DNA from: Eledone cirrhosa
Taxonomy: Eukaryota
Assembly: GCA_964016885.1 (NCBI GenBank)
Contig: OZ024742.1
Span: 149,420,001-149,484,000, forward strand
DNA length: 64,000 nt
Direction of reading: 5' to 3'
Positions 28,060 through 42,704 of the stretch are shown piece by piece. Each line of letters opens with the position of its first letter. Position 1 is the first letter of the stretch. The translations under genes were made by a program, and so were the position numbers. The notes beneath the pieces were generated by a model that did no database searches, was not told the origin of the DNA, and saw nothing but the letters and a program-made list of their open reading frames with translations.

Positions 28060-29065
28060 AGTCGCAGGATTTATTGGCGTCAGCATAGCTGGCGATGTTG
28101 CCAACCTATTTATGGTATGGTAGGAAAGGAGACTCAGAGAACCCCTAGTATAGAAATCCATAGTCCTCGTCATGTACTCTTGTTACGTAGATGATATCAA
28201 TATAGTAATAAAAACAACCCCACAAGAGAGTACCAATAAACCCGAATTAGAAACTAACACAATGGAGAGCATCCAGCAGATAGCTAATTCCATACACCAG
28301 AGCATAACAGTAATTATCGACTACTCTTCGAAACACTTTAACAATAGACTACCAGTATTAGACACTGAACTCTGGTTAAACACTATAAACGAGAAAACCA
28401 AAATTCTCCACTCACATTATGCTAAACCCATGGCCTCTAAATACCTTATACACAAAAAGTCAGCTATGTCCAATAGTGCTAAGTTTAATATCCTGATCGC
28501 AGACTTGGTAAGACTGATGAAGAAGGTATCCCGCATGTACAATCCAATTGAACTGGAAAGACACATCCAATACTTCATCAATCGTATGCAGTTCTCTGGC
28601 TACAACCAAAGAAACAGAATCAGGGGGTACAAAGGAGCCACGGAGAAATATAAGACCCTCATAGAGATGGACATGAAAGGGATTTGCCCATTGTACAGGA
28701 GCAAATCATAGAATAGGACTAAAAATAAGATAGGGAAAGCCACTTCATAGTACGACAACCAGAGATACCAGAGTGTCATGTTCGTGTATGCAACCTCTGG
28801 AGTTGAATTAGCTAACCAATTTAGAAAGGCCCTAAGAAAGACGCATTTAAAGATTAAAGTGGTAGAAAATCCAGGAACTACCATAAAATCCATGATCAGC
28901 AAAACTTACCCCTTTAGGAAAACCCAATGTACGAATAAGAAATGTGTTATATGTAGAATAAATCCACAAATAAATTGTAAAACTAGAAATGTAGTCTATA
29001 GCATAAGATGTTCAGAGGGTACTTGCAGAAACATGACAACGACATACATAGGGGAGACAGTTCGG
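28060..29065 (+). pseudogene. Penelope-like element (Neptune-type) RT C-terminus plus GIY-YIG endonuclease fragment
   Basis: GVSIAGDVANLFM, YSCYVDDI, LPVLDTEL, HKKSAMS..K, MQFSGY; Cys linker CTNKKCVIC; then NCKTRNVVYSIRC...YIGET. Stops and a frameshift are present. Confidence 0.88.
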
Positions 29066-30759
29066 ATAGACCGATACCGTTGATGTTCTGTTAAATTTGT
29101 TGCAGGTCCACTCCTTTGAAAAATACATGAACAGGGTGGGAGTTCAGGAAGACTGGCATTCTGAGGAGGAAGGGTTGGGAATAATGGTTGGTATGGGGGA
29201 TGGGAAGTGAGGTAGACACAACATCGGTGATGAGCGGAGGAGAGACGAGTAAGTTGGGAGTTATAAGAGTTCAGCATGCTCGGTGGGACAGACATCAGTA
29301 TAGTAACAGTTAAAGAGGAAGAAAGAGGAGACCACACATATGTGGATCAGAGGCTGGATGATATCAGAGAGAGATTTTAAATCGATTTACCCAGTAGCTT
29401 TGTGATAGACCAGTCTTAGAAAGAAAAGAACACTTTGGATAATTTGGTGCATCATGCTTAGAGAAAAGTCGGGATGATCAAGGCTGCAATGTTTTTGATC
29501 ATTAGTTTACTTGATCAAGCTTGACGTTTAGCTAAACAACAACAACATTACCACAACCACAAAGTTAACAGCAAACAACCTTGTCAATGAAGCAACAACA
29601 GTAAGAAGAAAAAATAAGGAAAGAAAGAAGGAAGAGGGGAAAATAGCAAGAGGGTAAACTCGATACCCTTTGTCGGATGTCATATCTTAGTTGTGCCACA
29701 GAGAAAACACAGCGATACCCAGCGAAACATTCCCCATCGTGGTATTCCATTTCTGAGACACCAAAGAAATCGGTTAGTTAATGCCCAGTATTTCGTTTTT
29801 AAATAATTGTTATAGAATTAACATAACACAGCTGAAATTACGAAGTCCATAACTGACAATTAGCATAGAGTCTAGAGAAGAAAAGGCTCCTTGAATTTGA
29901 CTTCTGTTTGGTTGAAATATTTTAAATATTTAAGACTTTATGCTTCATAAAGTTATTTGATTCATTTTATGTAGGTAAAATAATTTAAGTAAACAAAGAA
30001 AAAAAAAAAATACTCTGGTCGAAACAGAAAAAATAAAGGTATTCAAAAGATCCCTGTTGTTGCTTTGTTTGTTTGTTTGTGAATTGTGTCAATTGTATAG
30101 TAATTTTATGGTTGTAATGGTGCTCAAGGATAACTGAAAACTGTGCTTTCATATGATATTTCTAGTGCACACCAGTCTGGCTGTGTACAAGTTGCATGCA
30201 TGGTAGGATTTCAATTGAGGTTACACTCACGAAGCTATGCCTCAGGGCTTTAAGCTAACAAAACATATATACCTTCAATGATAGAAATAGTATTTACCTA
30301 ACATGATGCCCAAGCCAATATGACTGCTCCATGTTGCCATTCGACCCGCTAGAAATAGGTTAAACCTCCCTCAAATCAAGCTTTAAAAGAAGAAGGACAC
30401 GTTAGATGAAGCTTTTTCTTGGCTGGGATGCTTTTGATCCTTCATAATTTTGTACTGTTGTGGAAAACATTGTAAGCTTAATTAATTAAATGTCCCCCAA
30501 TTTCCAAATCCACTATTCCATTTCACTTTCTCTTTATAGATAGCATGAGGGAGGACCAGACGGTACAACTGTGCTAGAAATAGTAGTAAATTCACCCATA
30601 ACTTCCCCCCATTCCATTTTCGGAAAATAAGTTCACAGTTAGCTTGATGGAGGTCAGATTAGTTGATAACACACGAAAAATCTTAATTATTATCAATTTT
30701 ATTTAGTGTTATTACCGGTCAACGTACAAACAAACTTCCTTCTTATAAGGGTATATATA

Positions 30760-32563
30760 TATATATATAAAGTTCTAGTTCCTGTCTGATTGTTTGTTCA
30801 CGAACTCCTCCTATGGTTTTGGAGATAGACCCCCCATAACCATATATATTCTGAAACTATATTTCCCAGGGTACTTGGATAAGTATATTTCCTTTTAATC
30901 AAAGGGCTCCCCGGGGGCAAAAACCCCTGCTGAAAATCTTTTCCCTTCGATTCATATGAAATTTAAACCATAGGTAAATGACAAGATATGATACCTATTC
31001 ACAAAATTTCAGCAAATTCCAATAATATTAAGACACCCTAATGGGGGTTAAACACCCTATAGTGAACATTTTGGAAGCCCAAATAAATTAATGCTTTACA
31101 CAAAAATGAAATGATATTTTGAAAAAAATTATTTACAAGAAACAAAATAAGAATAAGATTTAATAATGTAATTTTGATTTGATATATTACAAAAAATAAT
31201 GTTTTCCAAATTTTCATGCATTACATTTTACATTGAGTAATATTGAAATGCAGAGTTTTTCTCCATAAATTATATCACTGATTTAAAATCAATCATCATT
31301 TTCTTATCTGTTAGATACGCAGTGACTAACACCAGAATGTTTTAAGTCTGCATGTTGTCTGACATGACAATATATGCGTAGCTTGTGAATAAAATATTCA
31401 AGGAGTATCGCTGACCGTGGCGATTCCTTCCAAACATGTTTTGTAATGTATCGTCTTATTGGCTAATTTCATCGTCTTATTGGCTAATCAACCAGCGAGA
31501 GTAATTGTTGCTCAAAAGCGTTTTGTTTGCACGTTTATTTATCGTTTCGCTTTCGAATCTCTCTCCTGTATTTTGTCGTTTTATCATCAAAATATTTTTC
31601 TCGTTTTAGTAAGATATATTGTTAATTTAAATATGATTTTTTAAATTTATATTAACTATTTTTTTTTTCAGTTCGTTATAACTTTATCTGAAAACGTGTG
31701 TTGAAACCGATATTGTTATGCTTTGGGAGGGTCATGTTGCAGAATGTGTGACGAAAGAACTTTGACAATATATGAACAATCGTCTGGTTATGGAACCAAC
31801 CAACCGGAAATTTATAAATTCTTAAATTTATAAATTTAATTTATAATAAATTGAAGTGAAAGCAATGGTGCGTGTGTTTCTTATTGGCAACATGACCCTC
31901 CCAAAGCATAACAATAATTATTATGTAAAATATATTTATTTAATATTGATTGTTTTTTGTAGTTGTTTATAGTAAAAGTCTGAAAATATTTTTATACATC
32001 TTACAATAATATTTATAAGATCATTTATAAAATAACAATTATATAATTACAACGATAATTTATTATTAATATATATCATGTTTAACTAGAGTTATTACAA
32101 GCGTTGCCTTAAAAATATATTAAACTAGACCTGAAAAATGCGCAAGCTCAAAAGAGCCACAGAATGTTATAATAAACCTTCAAAAGTGTGGGACTAGAGT
32201 TGTTGCTCAAAAATATTGTAATCATTATCTATCGTACACGCTGTGGCATCCTTTTATAAAAAAGAGACTCATAACGAACTCAAGACGACACGATAATTAT
32301 TTAAGTGAATTTATAATATAGAATTCGGTTTAAGTGCATTTCGTATTAATCATTACTAAACATCTAATATGAGAACATTAGCTTAAATAATTATCGTGTC
32401 GTCTTGAGTTCGTTATGAGTCTCTTTTTTATAAAAGGATGCCACAGAGTGTACGATAGATAATGATTACAATATTTTTTAGCAACAACTCTAGTCCCACA
32501 CTTTTGAAGGTTTATTATAACATTCTGTGGCTCTTTTGAGCTTGCGCATTTTTCAGGTCTAGT
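30760..32563 (+). mobile_element. Probable non-autonomous Helitron-like element with internal inverted repeats
   Basis: Starts TATATATAAAG...TGTCTGATTGTTTGTTCACG and ends CAGGTCTAG|T before a TA tract. 29-bp IR near 31712-31740/31888-31916 and 182-bp IR at 32124-32305/32382-32563. Confidence 0.45.
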
Positions 32564-33355
32564 ATATATATATGTATGTATATATATATGTATGTATATG
32601 TATGTATATAAATGTATGCATAGAGGGAGGGGGCTGAAGGAGAGAGAAATCAAACAGTGATAAATAAAAAAAATTGAAAATGTAAAATTGTACAAAGGCA
32701 CACACAAAACTAGATAAATAGCTAGCTATACACATCCAACACACATAGCAGACACAAAATGCTAATTGTATCAGCAATTCTTTTCTTATTAATTATGGTT
32801 AAGCCAAAGTTAATCAGTGGCAGCTGTATATTTCATGTTAAAATAAATAAAACATGGTTAACCATTCGTTAATAATTAGGAGGAACTTGATGTAAACAAA
32901 ATAACGTCAACGACCGGATTAATGAAATAACAAGTTTCAATAATTTCACTGTTAAAGGATGATGGGTTGGCATCGGATAAAATGCCATTATGATATTTGT
33001 TCTAGTGCTTTACATTCTCAGTTCAAATCCCGACGATGTCAACTTTGCTTTTCATCCTTCTAGCTTAGTTAAAATAAAGTACCAGTCAAATACTGGGTTT
33101 GATTTAATTAACTTTGCTCTTCACCCAAATTTGTTGGCATTTTGCCTAAATTATAATCGATAGTTTTCGCTGTTGAACTTAATAAATATTTCCGTTTGGG
33201 TAAAGAAAATGATATGTTTTAAATCAGCAAAATCATGATAAAATAACAAAGACAAAAGAAAAGTGATCTAAGTTGTATTACACCATGAAGTAAGTGGATA
33301 ACTGTCAACGTTACACATATATGTATGTATGCATATATACATATATACACATATG

Positions 33356-33439
<84 letters not shown>

Positions 33440-34833
33440 GTATATATGTTTCATTCAACAGAACTTAATGTAATGATTAAAGAAGTTAAAAATATACGTT
33501 TATAAAAAATATACGTTTATAAAATATACGTTTATAAAAAATACACAACAAATCGAATTTTTGTCAGTCATTCTATTCCTGCCTCTGTGTGTATGTTAAC
33601 CATGTTTTATTTATGGTTAACAATTTTGTTTCTCTCTCAAAACGGCTAAAACTGGTTCTTCCTAGGCGTAAATGTGACGCAGTTGAAACGTGTTGAGTAT
33701 ATAACTCAGTGGTCTGTAGATCGGAACTGCACTCTGCTAACTGCTGCGATTCTGAAGTAATTATTTTACTTCTATTTGGTTGCGATGTCGAATTCCACAG
33801 TAAAATAACATTTACTTGGTTTTGTTAAAAATGAGCGATGCTCTGATAGCCATGATATTCTCATGTGCTTCTCTTTCTTTAACCTCAATAAATTTAGAAA
33901 TAAATATATTAAAACTAGTTTAACAATTTCATCATACACGATTATAGCTTTTCTATATTTTAGACAATGGCGAGTAAAATTACGAGTAAAACCATTGACA
34001 TTTTTCGTACAATTGACTGTAAAGGAATTTTCGAATGCTATAGTGTAATCTGAACACCAAAAATAATGGCTTACTAATGTTTTCATCATCATCATCATCA
34101 TCATTTAATGTCCATTTTTCCACGCTTGCATAGGTTAGAGGAGTCATCCACGCCAGGAGGCAAGTCTGGCCAGGGTTGGCCTTGTGTCGCACCTTGCTCC
34201 GGTGAGGTTTGTAAATTCGGCTTTGAATAAAAGTTTCTACGCATATATGGCTGCGATATCGAGTTTATATTTAAAACCATATTATTAAATCAACATTAAA
34301 GTAACGCTTATTTAATTTCATTACGTTATAATAGAAACGAGGTTCGCATATGCGTCCGTTTTTTTCTACAGAAATAAATTTTGTAAATAGAAAAATATAT
34401 ATTAACTATTGTACCAGTGCCCTCATTGACGATTAGAACTATTTAATTTGAGACAATGTTATATTGACACAAGACGACGACTGAAACTATCAATATATTA
34501 CACAGAATTTAGACCAATCACCAAGAAAAATAATCCTAAAATATAGTGCTGAATTCGCAAAATATTGGACCACTAATGTTTATAAGCACATATTTACTTG
34601 TGGCAAGAAAAAAACATTCCAGCCCCCCCCCCCCCCCAAAAAAAAAACAAAACAAAACAAACCAAGCGATATAGCAACGCGTAGTAGTTGGTCCCAACAC
34701 TGGGAGAGCTTAGCTAAAAATAAAGCTATAACGGAAATAAAAAACCTTGTGATCTTTGTGCCGCTGAAACCCTGGAAATCATTTTTTCTTTCATTGTTTT
34801 CTTTCTTTCATTGTTTTCTTTCTTTCATTGTTT

Positions 34834-34911
<78 letters not shown>

Positions 34912-35344
34912 TCTTGTATATCTAATCTGGCCTAATCTGTTGTATATAGACGTATCGGACAAGACTGACTTACACCTCGTCATAATCTTTCCGTATTCTT
35001 TAGTACTTTGTCTTTCTTAGTCACACATTAATGTATGTTGCCACATGCAGATATACTCTACTACGCACGCACATACACATGCACACACACATGCACATAC
35101 ATACATACACACACATACACACACAAACACACAATGGGTGCCTCTCATGAAATAATGGTTAAATCCGTCTCAAATCACTTGTCTTCAATAGATAAAGGTA
35201 CAAAAGACATTGCAATCCTACAAAAAGACGGGTGGATTATAATAAGAACACCTTTGATCTTAGATTTGCTTGATCAGAGTTGACCTTGGCTAAAACTCCA
35301 TATACGCATATACAAATATCTACATAACGTGTGCTGTTACCTAC

Positions 35345-35570
35345 TTTGGATTAGCAGTATCGATAGAAGGTCGGACATCCTGCTTTACAGCATAGAGTTA
35401 CGGCCCCTTACGTTCTGAGTTCAAATCCCGCCGAGGTTAGCTTTGTCTTTCATCTTTACGGGGTCGATAAATTAAAGTACCAGTAATGTACCAGTAAAGT
35501 ACTGGGGTCGCTTAAATCGACTTTCCCTTGCCCAAAATTGCTGGCCTTGTGCCAAATCTAGAAACAATTA
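35345..35570 (+). mobile_element. SINE family A (diverged)
   Basis: B box, core and GAAACAATTATT tail are present. Confidence 0.85.
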
Positions 35571-35944
35571 TTAGGCAGATCTTCGCATCTTTCTACACAT
35601 TGAATTACACACTCCTCTAGATTCATATCTATAAATGTACACATAACTAAACTCACGTGCGTGAGTGGCCACACACATTCGCACTTATATGTATCCATAA
35701 ACACTGACGCTCACTTACACTTTTACAGTCCCAGACACAAATCACTCTTCAAGTGTTAAAGTGTTGTGTCGAGTGCATTAGAAAGCAGTGATATATTCAC
35801 CCAGTCACACCAACAGCCTGACATTCACTGCTTCAATCCATTATCCACTCACTCACCATACATAGGCACCTCACACGCACGCACACATACACTCATATGC
35901 CGCACACACACACGCGCGCACGCGCACGCACACACGTTCTCGTT

Positions 35945-36256
35945 CACACCACCACCATTACCACCATCACCATCACCATCACCACCACTATCAACACCTC
36001 CACCACGATCACCACCACCAACACCTCCACCACCACTACAACCACCCCACCACCACAAGCACCACGCCACCATTACAACCCCCACCACCATCACAAACAT
36101 CACCACTACCCCAACCACCAACACGACCATCCCCAGCACCACCACCACCGCCACTACCACCACTACCACCACCAACACCACCACCACCACCAACAACACC
36201 ATTCTTACAATACCACCACCACCACCACCAACACCATCACCACCACCACTACCACC

Positions 36257-36288
<32 letters not shown>

Positions 36289-36495
36289 CACCATTCTTAC
36301 AACCACCACCGCCACTACCACCACCACCACCAACACCATCACCACCACCAACACCACCACCACCACCAACATCAACACCACCACCAACAACATCACCACC
36401 AACATCACCACCACCAACATCACCACCACCACCACAACTACACCCCCACCTTCACCACCACCACCACCACCACCACCACCACCACCACCACCACT
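35945..36495. repeat. (CAC/CAA)n low-complexity trinucleotide tract
   Basis: Directly visible. Gives Pro/Thr/His ORFs in all frames. Confidence 0.9.
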
Positions 36496-36959
36496 AGCTT
36501 CCAACATACTACAGCCATTTCCACCCTGAGATCACATTCCTTACATTCATTGCTGTTGACAATAGACACGAACAGCTTGACATTTCAATTTCTTGTACCT
36601 GGACAACTGTGTCATGGCAACGACGCAGTATTAAACAAATACTCCACCCTTAATTATTTATTTATTTATTTATTCATTCATAAAGTAGTTATTAAAATAT
36701 TTAATTATTTATTATCACCATCACCATAGTTGCGGTTGACGATAATATTTAGAAATAAAATAGAAACTTTGATATGAACGGAAATGACCTTCAGACACCG
36801 TTTGAATAGGGGCTTTAGTATCTTCAATAAATTCATCCGATGGAAGTGTATAGCGACCATAGTTTGGGTCCATAAAATTGATTTTATGCTGTCGCCTTCT
36901 TCCTTCCCGCGGTAGGATGGCTTTGGAAGTATATCAGCTCAAATAGAGTCAACTCACCA

Positions 36960-38000
36960 GCGCACGGCTATCGATCTGTTAGGATCGAATGGAGTAGCAG
37001 TGATATTCGGAAAGGTATGTATTTTGAAGTATGGATCATCTAGGATCTGAGTGATCAGTGGTCGGTGATCTTGGATATGAACAGCATTGAACAGCCGTGC
37101 ATTGAAACTAATGACTATTTATGCCCCAATTGAAGAAGGGTAGCTAGATCTCTTCCGACACCTAGAAGCATTCTTGGGAATGTCCTACTTACAAGTGTTA
37201 GTGAGCGAATGGAATGGCACACCGAGACTGCAACATTTTAGACTATTGAACAGGTAAAGAGTGAATTTCCGAATGTGTCAATGGGGATTAGGACAAGCCG
37301 TTTCGGGTCATGAGGTAGCATCTAGATAGAGTGTTTATTTGGTCAGCGGATATCTAGGGCATAGGGTGGCCACAATTGAAGTTGGTCGTCTACACATGCC
37401 TCAGGTTTGTAATCTGCACAGTCAACATTGTTAAAACATAGAGACAGAAACCAGGAAGTGGAAGACGAAATCATTGTTTCTGGCGAGAAAAGCCTTTAGT
37501 GACCAGATTAGCAAACCAGTTAACCGGGTGTTAAAAAGTCGATCATCAACAACCGGTGATGAGACTCTTTGAGGAGTGCAACTAGAGTAAAATCGATATG
37601 ATGTAGCACAGAAATAGTGATAGGAAATAACAGATTAGAAGGGGAGCCTGGTAGCAAATTTACAAGAGGAAAATGGAAAAAGCATTACAATTGACATTTC
37701 TTCGACGCGAAACAAAGCGCGTTAAGGTAGATAAGGTGTGTTCTCTAAGAGACGAGGAAAGGAAAGCCGTTATAAAGCACAATTCAGCTTTGAAGAATCG
37801 GAACGGGAATGTGCTGCTCGATTCCAGGTCGATATGTTCGATTTTTCACGGATAAGAGTGGACCAGAGATGGTGCATTTTAGTGCCTTTGACAGGTTATC
37901 GTGGTTCATGGTAGAAGAGGTGAAGTGTTGGTAAAACTGATATCGGTAGCTGAGATTTAATTAATGGTGAAAGATTGAGAAGCAAATCACCCTACACGAT
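36960..38000 (+). mobile_element. Old, heavily degenerate Tx1-type LINE ORF2 fragment
   Basis: Collinear similarity to about 1400-2590, e.g. TATGCCCCA...TCTTCCGACACCTAGAAGCATTCTTGG (YAP...FRHLEAFL), TATCTAGATAGAGTG (YLDR) and AAATCACC (KSP). Confidence 0.7.
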
Positions 38001-38930
38001 TTATGAAGAAGAAAGTTGAGCTAAGTGCTCGTCTAATCTAAAAGCCGTCTAAGGTCACCTTAGAATATAGCGAGCATGGACTGACAAATATGATTACGAA
38101 TGAATAAGAGTAACTACAAAAATAACAATATCTATAAAAATGACAACCACTATCCCCGAAAGAATTAGAACAACGATGATAACCACAACTAACGAGCCAA
38201 CTAGGCAACCACCAACCTCACCAAAATAGTTATTAATATAAAAAACAACTTGTATTTAAAAGTTCAGATCTGGAGGAACGTTCTTGCTATCTCATTCCTG
38301 TTCGAGAATAACATTTTACAATTTGCTGATAAGTATTTCACGCATATAGAAAAACAGATTCCAATGAAGATACGAACTTTAGAATTCTCTCTATTCTTCC
38401 AACTCCAAGAGAATGAAAATATACGGAAGATAGATACACATTGTAGACAGACTCATTGGAAAATGTATGGTCGCGTCAACCTACTTTTTCATTCTTATCA
38501 AACATTTATTTCATGAGCAGAAAAATATTTACATACATAAATAAACTTTTGACAGATATAGAGAATAACTTTAAAATGCGAACAGAGATTATCACTATCA
38601 GTAAACCTCGTATATTTTGTTTATTTCCACTAAAACTAAAATGTAGACAAATTGTTATAGATGCCCTGATTGAAAAGACCTACGATAAAAGACGTTCAAA
38701 CCATGACCTTCCCGTTTTCTTTTGTGAACAGTGTGCATTCATGACCACATTATCCAACGCCTTTTTTCTAAGACAGAGTGTTGTGAAAGAGACTTAGCTG
38801 AGGTTCTTAGTAGCTTGAGCGACTGCATAGATCTTGATTTGAATTAAGTTAAATAGTTACTTCAATATAATTTATAAAGAAAATAAAATTCCAGCTGTTG
38901 TTAGGATGAAGTATTCCTAATATTTAAAAC

Positions 38931-39375
38931 CAGCGGTCGCTAACCGATGGTCCGAGAAAAAATTTGGGTGGTCCGCAGAAAAATGTGGACATTATTTGCA
39001 TTTTTTATGTTTTATTAATAATTGTTTCTACTTTTGGCACAAGGCCAGCAATTATTCCAGTGCATTACTGGTACTTTATTTTATCGACCCCGTAATAAAA
39101 ACCAAAAAATATTTGGTTAAAATATATTTCATAACACCTCTAAAAAATGTTCTCCTCAGTAAAGAACTAACATCCATGAAAGAATTTTACACATATGTAT
39201 CATCTATCGACAATATGACACACGAACGCTTCAGTATTGTTTAATAAAATGGAAGTTCTCTGATCATTATTTTACAAATGTATTTATGTTTTTAAAAAAA
39301 TTCATATTAGTGGCCCGTGGTATTTAAAATTATGTATATAGTGGTCCGTGAAGTCCGAAAGATTGACGAGCGTTG
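38931..39375. mobile_element. hAT (Charlie-like) MITE containing a SINE A 3' fragment (39020-39093)
   Basis: Imperfect TIRs CAGCGGTCGCTAACC / GATTGACGAGCGTTG, subterminal TGGTCCG motifs, and 6/8 matching flanks TTTAAAAC/TTTCAGAC. Confidence 0.65.
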
Positions 39376-39977
39376 TTTCAGACCATCGTCTTTTTCATAG
39401 AATCTATGAACCCTCGTAGACCCCAGGTATGTACAAACATATAAATAAGTCAATAAATAAATTAGTAAACAGAATATAAAATAGGCAATAACGACTAATT
39501 ATAAATCAGAAACCTGTATAAGCAAGTTATATTTTGTTGGATAATTTTATGTTGGATAATTCTTATACAATTGTCAGATTTTGGCAAAAAGGTTCAATTG
39601 ACCTCTTGGGTAGTCCCATCGATTTCTTTGGACCTCTGATTTCGATTATACCTAAGCCCGGTCTTGACCATATAAAACTGGTTATAGATTAATTACTTCG
39701 AACATATCTGTGTCGAAAACAATGTTTCGAATGCTTAATTCTATATAAGGTTATACAGGTTGTTGCTGGTTCTGTCTTGTTATTCTTAAGAACAACATGT
39801 TAAATACCTTTATAAAATTGTACCTTTCTCCTGAAACTATTGGGTCATTAAGTATGAAGTTTGTAGAAATTTATAGAAAAAAAGATTTCTACAAATTTCA
39901 TACTTGACAACCCAATATTTTGTTTATTAAAATTCCTTAGTAAATATATTTGAAAGTACAGACTGTAAATGAAATAC

Positions 39978-40008
<31 letters not shown>

Positions 40009-40208
40009 TGTATGTATGTATGTATGTATGTATGTATGTATGTATGTATGTATGTATGTATGCATGCATGCATGCATGCATGCATGTATGTATGTATGTA
40101 TGTATGTATGTATGTATGTATGTATGTATGCATGCATGCATGCATGTATGTATGTATGTATGTATGTATGTATGTATGTATGTATGTATGTATGTATGTA
40201 TGTATGTA
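39978..40208. repeat. (TATG)n/(CATG)n tetranucleotide repeat
   Basis: Directly visible. Confidence 0.95.
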
Positions 40209-40259
40209 TCCATGGCGTACAGTGGTAATTTGCGTCGGCAAAAGTTGAATTAATGGTAA

Positions 40260-40680
40260 TGTTAATGAAAGCGGAGTCTGACGTTTCGGAAAAAGCCTAT
40301 CTTCATGGAGATTGAAAAGTTTTTATTCGGCTTTAGTTCATTAGGACTTGGACACGGAGAAAAATGACAGGAAATAGCAGACAGTTGATGGCTCGGGTCT
40401 GGCGGATTTCAAAATTCATCATCAGGATAGCCTCAATTGAAGAAGTGCTACATTTCTTCAGATTTGGAGTTTATTTCCGATTTGATGCAGTGAAACTGGA
40501 AACGTTGATAGGTTAACGGATTAGGTAGTTCTGAGGTGACGGGTGGAATGTATAGGAATAGGAGCTAGTGGGCTTGAGGTGGAAGGAGGATGATGATGTT
40601 AATAGTAGCGGTGATATATAGAAAGTTGATGTGCCTACTCAACGTATTTAGGAACTGGTTCCTCATCAACCGACACCTTA
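40260..40680 (-). mobile_element. Probable PLE 3'/pLTR remnant with two decayed hammerhead motifs
   Basis: Minus strand CAUGAAGA-UAGG CUUUUU CC-GAAA-CGUC-AGA (40276-40310) and CUGAUGA-UGAAUUUU-GAAA-UCCGCC-AGA (40397-40428). Confidence 0.45.
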
Positions 40681-42704
40681 ATACGCAATATTCCATTCGC
40701 TTATCATAATCATAAAAAATATGCAGTGTCACTTTTATACATCCTGGTTGATTGCAGTATTCTATTTACATGTCCTAATCGTGAAAATCAGACGGGAATT
40801 GTTAGAACGAAGTCGTTAGAGCGTCAGATAGAATGTTTTGCGATATTTGTTTCGTCTCTCTGCGCTCTCTTTTTGTTCAAATCTCGTTGCAAAGGTTAAA
40901 TTTACTTTTCATCCTTTCGAGCTCGATAAAAAAAGTATCAGTCAAGTACTGAGTCAATTTTCCTCTATAACATTTCCTCTCTATCCCCATCTCTCTCCTT
41001 CTGTTGAAGAAATCGGCTGTGTTCAGGCCGCCAAGACTACGGTGCTTTTGCAACACCACTAGGAGTTACGAGTTCATATATACATACATTCATGAAAAAA
41101 TGGTTTCTTATATAGGCACAAGGCCAGCAATTTTTGGAGAGGGGAAAGTCGATTAAATCAACCCCAGTGCGTGACTGGTACTTTATTTTATCGACCCCGT
41201 AAGGAAAACGCAATATTCTATTTGCCTTTAACAGTGTTCCTGGTGTGTGTATATTACTTGTTTTATCCCCCTATCTCTCTCACTCTTTCTCTTTCTCACA
41301 TTCTCCAATCTATCACTCTTGGTCATTCTCTTTTAGTCATTTTTCAATATATGTATTAGCACTCTTCCACACTATCCATTTTAAACAGTACAATACCCTA
41401 TCACCACATCACCATTTCATTGACACTTAACAGTTTTGTCGGTCTGAGTCACACGGCTAAATTCGACCAGATGTTATTGTTATAACACTTTTGAAAGCTT
41501 TTCTGTTTGTATTTTCGCTATGCTGTCTTTTGACAAGTTAGAAAGACATGTTTAAATATTTTGATTTATTATGTGGAAAGAGATTGGAATTTTATTTATA
41601 ATGACTACACTTTACCGACTCTGTAGAACAAACGGTAGCAGCTAAATATGCCAGCACTTGTGTGTATATATACGCACACATACATACACATATACACATA
41701 GTGTTCCAGCTGTTCCAGATGTTAGAACAATAGAATAGGTGTGCAAGCGGCTGAGCATTACACAGGTATGTGCACCTTTAATGTAGTTCACAGTGAGATA
41801 CTGCGTTACCTTGGGTCTGACAAGGCTGGCTCTTAGAATTTACAGGTACAAGTTATTTTTTACCAGCTGAGTGGACACGTGCAACGTGCTCAAGAACACA
41901 GAGTGGAGCTTGGAATTGAACTTACGACTTTATCAAAGCTCTTTTGATGCAATATTTATACCTGACTTTTGGTTTATGCCTTGGTTGTTTGCCTTTGATT
42001 AACTCCCCATACAGTAACTGCTTAAAATATGGCCGCTTCAGCGCAATCCATATTGAATTATGAGAGATTCAACACTTTCAAAATGACTTCGTTCTAACAC
42101 TTCAACATCCCTCATATATGATTGCTAATGGATACCGAGTTTTCGGCGAAGACACTGTTAAGGAAAATATTCAAGCATTTTTATATTTCGTTGGTATGTG
42201 ACTCAAGTTTCACATTTATACAACAACGAAGATAATACACATGTTCTGTACACCTTTAGCTATGTATCAATGGAAATCCCACATAGCTATCTTATTTACC
42301 AAATGAATCACACGCCCACATACATACATACATACATACACACGCACATATATACATAGATACATACATACAAACTTATAAACGTACATACAAACATACA
42401 TACGTACATACATACATATGCGTAACAAATCATGTTCCACACTCATGTATGCATGAATGAAAGCTAAGTTTAAATGCTTATCTAGTGCGCTGCTTCATCA
42501 TTATGTGTGACTTGTTACCATTTTCCACTAAGACGCCCATTACCTCGAAATATCTAAACGCTAAAAACGTTTAGTGTTCTTGTTAAAGGCCCTACTTTGC
42601 ACCAACAGATGCAACCTATATAGTTAAGTGCACAATACAGCTCACTGCTTCCCTTGCTTGACATAATCTGGTTCCTATAATTCTTATGGCAAGCATCGTA
42701 CAGT

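Noticed and set aside
35766-36529. Extensin/mucin-like Pro/Thr-rich ORFs (also 57653-58510 and Val-rich 42703-43128)
   Set aside because: Trinucleotide low-complexity DNA open in several frames on both strands, with no unique domain or splice evidence.
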